From the NCBI GenBank assembly GCA_012026655.1, contig JAAILG010000585.1, positions 1 through 64,000 on the forward strand: a stretch of 64,000 nt of DNA. Direction: 5' to 3'. The DNA is from Hydrolagus affinis (taxonomy: Eukaryota). Positions within the stretch are counted from its first letter, which is position 1. Each line of letters opens with the position of its first letter. The notes below the pieces were generated by a model that saw nothing but the letters and a program-made list of their open reading frames with translations, had not been told where the DNA came from and made no database searches. Below are positions 25,801 through 35,060 of the stretch, piece after piece. A program made the position numbers and the translations under genes.

Positions 25801-28800
25801 CTGGCAAACTTTAATACAGTATACTACTGGCAAACGTTAATATTTGGTAGTGTGACAGTGGCAGTGGCACTTGCAGCTTCCCCACTCATCTTGATGTTGT
25901 GGAGCCCATAGCATCTTTTAAACCACCCTCTGCTAGCAATGAAAGATGGTGCAGTTGAGCCTTCTCCTTCCTGATCATTTAACTCCCAAAACAATGATTT
26001 TGCCTTCTCTTGGATAACCAGGGTGTTGAGTGGTATATTACACTAGTTCTGATCCTCAATCCAGACACTCAGCATTCTTTCCATGTTTTCCATCACATCA
26101 TTCCTATCTTTTGCTAATCCGCTTGCACCTGTAACTGTAACACACCTTGAACTTGCCAGTATATTATCCTTATTCTGTTTTATAATAGCCACCGTTGATC
26201 TAGCTAGCCCTAAAGCCCTCCCGACGTCCGTACCTTTTTCACCAGAATCGATGCGCTTTATCATCTCTAATTTGGTATTTAAAGTGATGACTTTGCGGGG
26301 TTTCTGGCTGGTAGCGGTATTACCACTGCTCATTTCACTTAGTATAAACTTGCTATAAACACATTAGAGGCTGTAAATCGCTCGAAGATGCTCGGGAATG
26401 TTTGGAAATTACTGTAATACTGACGTGGTGCGGTGTCGCTTCAAAATCAGATGGCTTTTAAACAATGACTTGGCGACATGCTATTGGCCTGTTCAAACGC
26501 TTGAATATCAGGTGCGAGTGCGATTTACACTATGGACTGTGCGTATGGACAAGTATGGAATGCTTTACTGGTAAGTATTCATACAATATTCTGTTATTAT
26601 TTAGTCTATTATTAATATGATACATTTTAAAATAAGTTAATTTTTTGTGTAGGATTATCAGCAACTTGCCGCTCGAATATCCGGCATATTTAATTAACCA
26701 GCAAAGGTCAGGTCCTGAGGGTGCCGGTTAACAAAGCTTTTACTGTATTTATTAATTCACCAACAAAGTATAATCGAAACAATGCACAGTAAAAGCCCAT
26801 TTATCCGTGACCTGATCAACTGTAACTTCCGTATAACCGGCACCTCAAAAAAAAGGTCCACATTCGATTAACTGGAATTTATCCAGCACAATCCATTTTT
26901 TAAAAACTTTTTTTGTGTTTTCAGTCAAATATCCGGCACGTGCTGTTACCAGCATTGGCCAGGTCCTGAGGGTGCCAGATAAACAGGCTTTTACTGTATA
27001 TTGGGACAACAAATAGAGTTAATGACCAATTTTTATTGAGTTTTTTTGGACAGATTATTATTAACAGGAATAATGACAATAATCCACTAGTTTCCTTACA
27101 TGCATTGTTCATTATACAGAATACAGGCTTTACATAATTCCTTCTCACATAGCTTCCTATCCCTGCTCCGTTCCAAATTGCATCATGTACACGATGACAA
27201 GAGCCGAGGGTTGTATGCACTGGGGTACTACTAGTGTTTCACCACCTGAAACCACATAACTTACCATTGAACGTGCTGTCTGGCATGCTGCACACTTGTC
27301 CAGATTCAACCATCCAACCCATTCAGACTTTGAAAGATTCCCCACCCCCAGTCTGCCACTCCAAGTCTGCCAATGAACCAGGCTAGCTGGTATGTTATCC
27401 GCAGTACCCTGGTGCACTAGTTCAGGAATCAGACTATCTAGACCACCACAGAGTGTTGACTCTACATCTTGTTGGCAAGCTCCAAAGGGACCCTACTTAC
27501 CTTCCGCACAAGGAATGCACTATTCCCAAACCATACTGCAATGGATAAAGCAAAAAAAAATTATACATACCAGTGATACACAAAAACAATAGATGGTTTT
27601 TACACATACCTGGACACACTAGGCACATTGTCAAAATGTGNNNNNNNNNNNNNNNNNNNNNNNNNNNNNNNNNNNNNNNNNNNNNNNNNNNNNNNNNNNN
27701 NNNNNNNNNNNNNNNNNNNNNNNNNNNNNNNNNNNNNNNNTTGATATAGCGCTTTCCACATCTTGTCAACGTCCCAAAGCGCTTCACAGAATATACTGTA
27801 AAGTGAATTGACTGTATATATTTGTGGGCGAATCGCGGCAGCCAATTGCGCACAGCAGTGTCCCACACACAGTCGTGGATTGAAATGACCAATTTTATTA
27901 TTGTTTTTTTTTTGGGAGGGAGGGATTATTATTAGGCATGTGGAGTAAGGAAACTTGCCCAAGGTTTCGCCCTGACCTGCCTGGATTCGAACACAGGTCT
28001 CCCCAGCTTGGTCTCCCCAGCTTGCAAGACAAGTGCTCTAACCACTGAGCCACAGGAGCTCCAATTTAGCCAATTTGGAGTGTAGCCAATTTAGTACATT
28101 ACTGTATAAGATTAAAATTTTGTAAAGCCATTCTGAATAGGCCACATGCAGTGTACATGCTGCAGGCAGCAAATTCAATTGCTCCAGTCTGCCTGCTAAT
28201 TTGGAGTAATATACATCATGCAAAGCAATTTTCCAAAACCACTTTGTTACATTTCTGATGTGGTGCTTTATTTCAACAATACAGTATATCACAATTGTAA
28301 AAAAAATTCTCTTCATTTCCCACATGGAGTTTTTTTTTGTTAAAACAAAAAACTTCCTACAGTTGTTCCTAAAGTGAACTGAACATTAATTAAAAAGATG
28401 CAAATAGATGCAAACAACTGTATTCAAACCAAGACAATTGTCAATGGGCTCCATCTGCTGGTAATAAAAATAGCTTCTAAAAATTCCAGGAGTAATCCTA
28501 CTGGTAGCATTAGGAATAGGTCCAGCACACAGATTGAAGCTAGAATTATTAAGATGACCTTATACTTACTTGCAAATGGCTAGCATGCTTAAAAGACTTT
28601 CTGTGCACACATTCTAAACCACTTCTGTTTAAACTCTGCCAAGCATTTACTTTTGTAATGGAATATTTTATGACTCATTTGGAACTGTAGCTCATTCAGA
28701 AGGCTGCTGCTGTGCAATATGCAGTTAACAAGGTAGTGGCATGAGGAGAGAAAGCTCATTTGGACTTCTCTTCACTATATATTTTGGCAGCTGCTGCACA

Positions 28801-31800
28801 AAAGCCAACCAAGAAACACATTTATGCATTAGGCAGATAATCTTCTACCAAACATGGTGCAGAGTGTAGCACCACTATCATGCCAGCTGTGTCAAGACAA
28901 TTACTATTAACATGATTTGTGTGCACTTGGTGCAGTCTTTTTCACATGGCCAAGACAGCAAAATACAGAACTCAAGCTGAACCTAACCAAAATCAAAAAC
29001 GCTTAACCATGAAATACAGGGCAATAGAGAAAATCTGGTTTTGTGGTTATTATGAAAGTCAGCATTAATAATAATAATCCTTACATTTGATATAGCGCCT
29101 TATCATGTCTTCAAGATGTTTCAAAGCTCTTCACAGTAATATACTGTAAAGTGAATTTACTGTGTATTTTGTGGGCAAAACCTGGCAGTCAATTGCCAAT
29201 AGTGTCCCACAAATAGTCTTGGATTGAGTGACCAAATTATTATTAGTATTATAATTTGAAGGGATTATTACCCCCAGAAAAGTGATCCGCCAATCAACTA
29301 ACCAGATGCCTCATTCATTCATACACAGTCACACAATCTTAGCCAAGTTTTGTCCAATTCTAAGTGACATTGCATTTAATAATTTTTAAAATACAGAAAA
29401 GAAAAAAAGTTCAAATTTTGAAGACAAGGTATTATAATCAAAATTACTTTAAAGATCAACATTCAAGCTACAGTCTGAAGTGGGGAATCTTCCTTTCAGG
29501 CAGCCATCCATTCTGAACATTTGTATAAAAAAAAACTAATTTCCACCTGTGCTTGATTAGGACTGATCCCATTGCTCATTAAAACGTCTTCCACAGAAGA
29601 CTCTCTCTTGGAAACTCCTCCCAACTTGTCGCACAAAGGCCAAATCAGTACCACTGATAAGAGCTGCATCAAGCAAAACCATCCATTCAAAACCACAGGA
29701 GTATATTCCAACACAATGTTGATTAATAAACAGGATCTACACTTTTCAAAACTGTGCTATACCAATCTGCTGCAGATGACCATACATTATAAATATTGTC
29801 AGACAAGATGTATAGAACAAACTTTGGTAAAATTCAGATTTGTGGAGTATGGGGTTCGGGGAGGATTGGGAATGTTTAAGTTTTCATTAAAGCACTTTTT
29901 GGAAGCGAGTTACAAATAGAGTAGTTTTACCATCCAAGCAGCTCAAATAGATGTAGTGACAAAGTGTAGTGGCAGTGTATTTGTACTTATCGACAATAAA
30001 CAAAAAAAGTAGACAATCCTTTAAACCCTTCGCACCTGCATCACTTCCCTCACGATTTTTGAGACAAAACAGGCCCTACCAACTAACACAACCACAAAAT
30101 TCCCATTGAAGATCTAATGAAGCCTTCTGGCTATGATTTCTAAACTAAAGTTTACATGTCATGAACAGAACAGTTTCCTGAAAGCTATATTTTTATTTAC
30201 AACTGCTCTTGAAAGCCTTAAGTGGCGCTGTAGAAGGGGGTCCTTTTCTATAAACTCAATTTAAATTAACTTCACAGTTCAATTACAAGACTATGCAAGA
30301 CTACTTAGTGTTGAAGGTTGTCTTGTTAGTTTCATCCTTAATTCACAAATGGCAGAGGTAGCAAAAAGCCTATGTAGTTACTGTATCAAGAAAGCGAATG
30401 CATAAAAATGCCTCTAAACAACCCCAGATTGAAAAGTGAACTACCGAATAAGAAGAAAGCTTTGTACCAGTTCAATTAGTTACAATAATATAATAATAAC
30501 AAAGACCATCGAACCAATAAGTAATTAATGTTTTCCTAATTTTTTCAACCACGTTGAAAGTACTGAGTGCTGCTAAACTAACTGTGCATGAAGGATTCAG
30601 AGAAGCTTTTGTCCATTTTTAAAGCTGGAGCCAAGTTCAAATTGGCTATGATCGTAAAGCAATTAAGGAGTGGGAAGTGTTTCTACTTCCCACCTCCAAA
30701 TTGCATTCAGCTCTGTATATGTGCAACCCCATACAAAGCTCTATGAATCCGTATTAAATAAGTCTTTTTTTCTACTGTTAATAATAACAAGCCACTTACT
30801 TGGCTAACTCTCACACACAAAATGCAAGGTTAAAGCAATTCATCCAGCCTGCAGCAATGTGTAAACTATCAGCACCAGAACCATACGGTTTTATCAGGCA
30901 TGCTTCAGCAAGATGTTCTTTGCCATGACAGTACCAGTACTCAAACAGAATAGGATTTGGTACCACTTGTGGGTTAGAACCACGTATAAAACAGATGAAC
31001 ATAAGAAAAATCGCTTTCAATAAACAAAAAGGGATGGGGGGGCTTCCTTGTGAAACAGCATTGAAATTTGTTCTTTATTTTATAATTATAAATGTCAAGC
31101 TAGTTCAATATTAAGTGTTCCATTTTCCACCCTCAAGCTTCACCGGAAAAGATTAAAGAGTACAACAACAACAACTTGCATTTATATAGTGCTTTCCATG
31201 CTAGGCAGCGTCTCATCGCGCTTCACAACGGCAGAGTCTGAAGCCGAGCCAGGGTGACCGTAAGTGCGGTCAAAGAGAAAGGTCTTCAAGCACGACCTGA
31301 ATATGGGAAAGGAGGGGATGCGACAAAGGGGTTGACGGAGGGAGTTCCAAAGTTTCGGAGTGTAGTGGCTGAAAGCACGGCCGCCAATGGTGGAGCGGAA
31401 GATTCATAGGTCTAAGAGGAGGCTGCCTTGCTCTAGCACTTCTACTCAAACCTAATTTTATTTTGAAAAACCCCTCCCTCTACTCAGTGGGCTTCAGCCT
31501 CCTTCACGTCCCACACCTCACCCGCCCCAGATTGGTGGGCAGGCCTTCAAACACTGCCCCCACCTTCTGGAACTCCTTCCCCCATAACCTCTCCGTCTCA
31601 CCACATCCCTTACCTTCTTCAAGAACCACCTCAGAACCCTGCTCTTTGATCCCCCCACCCTCTCTAATCCCAACCCCCAGCTTTGATCCAAAATACTGGC
31701 TGTCTAGCATCTTGAGACACCTTCCCAATATGAAAGCGCTATACAAGTATAATTTTGTTGGTGTTTTTGTAATCCTGTATCACCCAGTGTGTTTTTGACA

Positions 31801-34065
31801 CCCTGTATATATCTTCACATTCTCCTGCACATTTAATTTATTCTGACTGACACCAGCGGGCACCACAAGATGATCCATTTTCATATACATGGAACACACA
31901 ATTTGTTGTTCTCTTGAATACTAGTTAGTACAGTACAACAAAAGCATTAGGAGGCATCATTTTGTATGTGACAGGATATTTTGTATGTGACAAGTTTGTT
32001 CCCATTATTGAAAAAGGCCGCAAATAAGCATTTTAGTGACCCTTTCATTTCAGTAAACAACCCACGTTTATAGAACATAATAATACAATACAAAGCTCCT
32101 AATGGGGCCTTTTCGTATATAATATGATTACTACACTACTTGGTTTCAAAAATAGCCACTAAATTTTACAAAGCACTTGAGATGTTATAACAAAAAGATA
32201 CTATAAAAATGCTAAACGTTACTTCTGTACAATAAGTCTTAGTGTTTCACAATGAATAGTCTTGACAAGTATTGACAAGTTCTACAGTACTGCTCCTAGG
32301 TATACAAATGAAGCAAATTATAGGTACAGATGTATACTTTACATATAGCAAGGAATCCACAATTTTCCATAATACTCATGGATTATTTCTAAATTGTGAT
32401 GTAGGTCATAGAAAGGAACTACATTTCCCTTACAGTGATTCCAATGAATGTAACAGGATTGTGAGTTTGGACTAGCCTGGAAGTGCCAATCCCAGAAAAG
32501 CATAACACAAGCGACTAGACAGGAATACACAGGAGGTGCTGTGCTTTCTCAGATTCAGATGAATTCAGATCAACTCCTAGGTTGTGTGAAGTGTCAATCC
32601 CAAAACATACAACTAGGAAATCTCCTTAAATTTCAGCACTGAAGCAGCCTATGAACTAAAGCAAGAGATCTCAATAACAAAATTTCTTTCCTGCAACATT
32701 TTTATGATGCGATCACCCCACAATACCTAGAAGAATATTCTGAATAGAAATAGCTCCCTCTAAATTTCTTATCCTCTAAAGCTAACATATTCAAGACTGA
32801 GATTGACAGATTTTTTAAAACTAAAGAAATTAAGGGATATGGAGATAGGGTGGGTGCAGGCTCGAGAGGCTGAATGGCCAACTCCTGCTCCTATTTCTTA
32901 TGTTCTAAGCCTTTATTCTGGAAGATACAGCAATAAAATAAAGTAAATTCTAGAGTCAACTTTCAATGACATCTGAAGATACTAGCACCATTTCAGTGAT
33001 ACACAAAGAAATGACTCTGTTATTGATCCCACTTGACACAATCTCAATCGAATTTTCATGAATAAATATAACCTGCAACAGTATTACTTTGGGTTGGGAA
33101 TTTACCAACATCAGCAAAGTTCTGCAGCAATGTCCAACAAACCGCCATGAAGCAGGAGAGTGATCAACTTTGTTTATCTGATAGATTGTTGGCCAGGACA
33201 AGGGTGAAATTCCCTTCTGTTTTTGAATAGTGCCATGGGATCCTACATTCATCTGAAGGATGGTAGCTGTGATAAAGCAGTGCCCCCTCCACAGCATTGT
33301 ACGCTCAAACCTCCAACTTGAACCCACCACCTTCAGACTCAAGTGGCTGTTAGAGTGGTACCAACTGAGCCAGGTTTATACCGAGGGAAGGCAGTACAAA
33401 CATCCTTGCAGTTGCAACCACTTTATTTCTTATTTTCTTTCCCTGTTATCAAGAAAGCTCCCATTCCACCAGTTGATGAGCAAAATACTCATGAGAAGCA
33501 GCACTGAGGATAGGTGAAGGAGGGTATGGTGGAGGGGGGGAGGGGGGTAGAAGAGGAGAGAGAAATAAATGAAAATAAGAGGTGATGGAGAAGAGGAGCA
33601 GGTACAAGGTAGAAATGGTACCTAAGAGCATTGCAACCCCCTACCGCTGAATCAGAGGCATCACTGTTCCCTCCTTCACCTTCTCCATGCTACAGTTAGG
33701 AGATAAGATAAGCATCGAGATCCAGACAGACGACAGACAGATGCCTGATCCGCAGTTTGGGGTCAGATAGACCAGACAAACACATACACATACTGTCTGC
33801 ACCCAGAGGCAAAGCGAGTCAGTCACGAGGAGGCCGAGAGCGGGGCACAGGTAAAGCCGGCTCCTAGGCCCGGCTCAGCTCGGCTCCAACGTGAGTGACA
33901 GCTCGCGTGCCGGCACCTACCCACCCCCACCACCCCCCTCACCCACCTACCTATGTGGCTGTCTTCAATGTGTTCGATCAGCTCCGCCAGAGTGTTAAAG
34001 GTGAGGCCGCAGCCGCCGAAACTGCAGGCGTTGGAGAAGAAGGATGCGGCGGCTAAACCGGTCAT
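1721..34065 (-). CDS. JAZF1: JAZF1-family C2H2 zinc-finger protein, complete 5-exon CDS join(33951..34065,13611..13683,8197..8393,4761..4930,1721..1897), 243 aa; probably a JAZF1 paralogue
   Basis: Five exons with GT-AG boundaries (115+73+197+170+177=732 nt) splice into one open frame: MTGLAAASFFSNACSFGGCGLTFNTLAELIEHIEDSHIESDPKVLERQEQQQPSYIALSYINRFMTDAARR...DSDSDESWTTESAISSETILSSMCLNGDDEKPFACPVPGCKKRYKNVNGIKYHAKNGHRTQTRVRKPFKCRCGKSYKTAHGLRHHTINFHPPVSVDMLRKMQL*. This is recognisable JAZF1/TIP27 sequence with three C2H2 fingers. Confidence 0.96.
4761..4930 (-). CDS. JAZF1: JAZF-like coding exon 4 (acidic region, start of zinc finger 2)
   Basis: (G)SELDEEEIECEDSDSDESWTTESAISSETILSSMCLNGDDEKPFACPVPGCKKRYK; acceptor tgatttccag|GC, donor AAG|GTATGT; missing from the ORF track. 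Confidence 0.95.
8197..8393 (-). CDS. JAZF1: JAZF-like coding exon 3 (Ser/Pro-rich linker)
   Basis: (R)FMTDAARREREQMRKRHQAKLIPALSSPVGRGG...TPPVTPSSSACSGTPT; acceptor aatacag|G, donor ACTG|GTCGGT. Confidence 0.93.
13611..13683 (-). CDS. JAZF1: JAZF-like coding exon 2
   Basis: (E)SDPKVLERQEQQQPSYIALSYIN(R); acceptor ttttgacag|AAAG, donor ACAG|GTATAA; phases 1/2 fit. Confidence 0.95.
18652..19107 (+). mobile_element. hAT-type non-autonomous DNA transposon (MITE), copy B
   Basis: TIRs TAGGGTCC...GGACCCTA; 8-bp TSD GGAACTAC/GGAACTAG; ATATCG-rich subtermini; CpG-rich internal tandem array. Confidence 0.88.
21730..21860 (+). mobile_element. CR1 LINE RT fragment
   Basis: TRMIPGL...LYSSEFRRLKGDLIKAFKIIKG. 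Confidence 0.7.
21865..22380 (-). repeat. Unclassified old interspersed repeat; other copies at ~39905-40730 (+) and ~42070-42568 (+)
   Basis: Shared blocks CTTGCTGG..AGTGCTCTC.ATG.CAA and ATGGGTTTCCACAT.TG.CAGA....AGCTGACC. Confidence 0.6.
23664..24075 (+). mobile_element. CR1-clade LINE 3' fragment inserted into an older L2-like fragment (23487-24180, minus)
   Basis: RT C-terminal remnant (LFSLEQRRLRGDHIEVFKIM; WNALPEKVVEA), tail GATGGGCTGAATGGCCTCCT...(ATTCTAT)2; flanked by GAGTTC direct repeats at 23658-23663 and 24076-24081. Confidence 0.85.
24528..24735 (+). mobile_element. SINE 3' part, same family
   Basis: GTGGGACACTGCTGTGCGCAATTGGCTGCCGCG...ATCAAATGCAAGGATTATTATT. Confidence 0.8.
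25556..26520 (-). mobile_element. Tigger/pogo DNA transposon remnant, internally deleted (right boundary approximate)
   Basis: TA|CAGGTAAACCTCTACTTAGGACGGGGTT Tigger-like terminus at 25556; CENP-B-like transposase remnant inside. Confidence 0.8.
25870..26333 (-). pseudogene. Decayed Tigger/CENP-B-like transposase N-terminus (HTH_psq + HTH_Tnp_Tc5)
   Basis: RKVITLNTKLEMIKRIDSGEKGTDVGRALGLARSTV...MERMLSVWIEDQN*CNIPLNTLVIQEKAKSLF...FIASRGWF, then a frameshift to GLHNIKMSGEAASA; no DDE domain seen. Confidence 0.85.
26787..26996 (+). mobile_element. Tc1/mariner-Tigger-type MITE (~210 bp)
   Basis: TIR CAGTAAAAGCC..TTTATC / GATAAACAGGCTTTTACTG, TA on the right flank; a partial sister right end lies at ~26660-26745. 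Confidence 0.8.
27641..27740. other. Assembly gap (100 N)
   Basis: Run of N; true length unknown. Confidence 1.
27741..28062 (-). mobile_element. tRNA-derived SINE with L2-like tail, near full length (tail cut by the assembly gap)
   Basis: Head GGAGCTCCTGTGGCTCAGTGGTTAGAGC (A box)...GTTCGAATCC (B box); body shared with many local copies. Confidence 0.85.
29066..29270 (-). mobile_element. SINE 3' part, same family
   Basis: Reverse complement of the family body and (ATT)n tail. Confidence 0.75.
31162..31765. mobile_element. Two L2-like 3' fragments in opposite orientation (31162-31410 minus, 31480-31765 plus)
   Basis: Both share the GG(C)RAFS/N..AP.LWNS-type segment and an AAATGCAAGTTGTTG-type tail. 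Confidence 0.65.
32760..32906 (+). mobile_element. CR1 LINE 3' tail
   Basis: GAGATTGACAGATTTTT...GGCTCGAGAGGCTGAATGGCCAACTCCTGCTCCTATTTCTTATGTTCT. Confidence 0.7.
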
Positions 34066-34470
34066 GATAACCCGCGGCTCCTCCCTCCGGGCACCGGCTT
34101 TACCTCAGCACCGACCCCCCCTCCCTCCCTCCCCCACCGGGTGCTCAGGACGCCGACCTTGTCACACACACCCACACACCCACCCGCTCGCGGGCCCTCC
34201 CTCCGCTCTCTCGCCTTTCTCTCTTTCTCCCTCCCTCCCTCCTTCCTTCAGTCAGTCAGTCCGGCACCCTCATGGCGACCCGCCACATCAGCGTTTTAAC
34301 GTTAATAAACAACGGTCACGGCGGCAGAGCATCTCAGCTGGGGACCGGGCGTCAGGAGGCGCGAGCAGCCGCCTCTACATGTACCTCAGGTCCGCCCGCC
34401 GGCCACGTGACCAAAATAAGCATGTGCGCTCACTATAGAAACGGCTCGAGCGGCGGCGCCAACTCCTCCC
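33820..34470 (-). promoter_or_regulatory. CpG island / promoter and 5'UTR of the JAZF-like gene
   Basis: GC/CpG-rich block spanning exon 1; GGTCACGTGGCC E-box (34401-34412), GC box near 34391, YY1-like CATGGCG (34271-34277). Confidence 0.8.
33951..34065 (-). CDS. JAZF1: JAZF-like coding exon 1 (ATG, zinc finger 1)
   Basis: MTGLAAASFFSNACSFGGCGLTFNTLAELIEHIEDSHI+G; donor ATAG|GTAGGT; lies in a CpG island. Confidence 0.95.
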
Positions 34471-35060
34471 CCTGTAAACACATCCCTCACCCTGTATACA
34501 CACTCCTCCTCACCCTGTATACACACACCTCCATCTCCCCCTCCTCACCCTGTATACACACACCTTCATCTCCCCCTCCTCACCCTGCATACACACACCT
34601 TCATCTTCTCCTCACCCTGTATACACACACCTCCTCCTCACCCTGTATACACACACCTCCATCTCCCCCTCCTCACCCTGTATACACACACCTCCATCTC
34701 CCCCTCCTCACCCTGTATACACACTCCTCCATCTCCTCCACCTCACCCTATATAGGCTCTAGAAGCGCTCTGAGACGCCATCCGGCGTGGAGGGCGCTAT
34801 ATAAATCAAAGTCGTTGTATACACATCCCTCCACCTCCTCCTCACCCTGCAAACAAACTCCTCCTCATCACCCTGTAAACACACTCTTCCACCTCCTCAT
34901 TCTGTAAACCACAATCCTCCACCTCCTCACTCTCCAAACACAATCCTCCACCTCCTCCTCATCACCCTGAAAACACACTCCTCTATCACCTCATCATCAT
35001 CACCCTGTAAACACACTGTCATCTCCTCCTCCTTACTTCACAGTCACCCCCTCTTAAATT
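34470..35060. repeat. C-rich minisatellite (unit ~CCTCCTCACCCTGTATACACACACCTCCATCTCC), degenerating rightward
   Basis: More than ten visible CTCACCCTGTA(T/A)ACACAC cores with variable spacers. Confidence 0.9.

Noticed and set aside
26043-26333. Domesticated TIGD/CENP-B-like gene
   Set aside because: Premature stop, downstream frameshift, no catalytic domain and a transposon terminus nearby.
27980-28062. tRNA gene (also 60366-60435)
   Set aside because: A/B boxes run into a SINE body, there is no intact cloverleaf, and one copy has a 14-bp internal duplication.
33953-34907. 161-aa and 211-aa + strand ORFs
   Set aside because: They are antisense to JAZF exon 1 in a GC-rich island or read through the minisatellite; low complexity.
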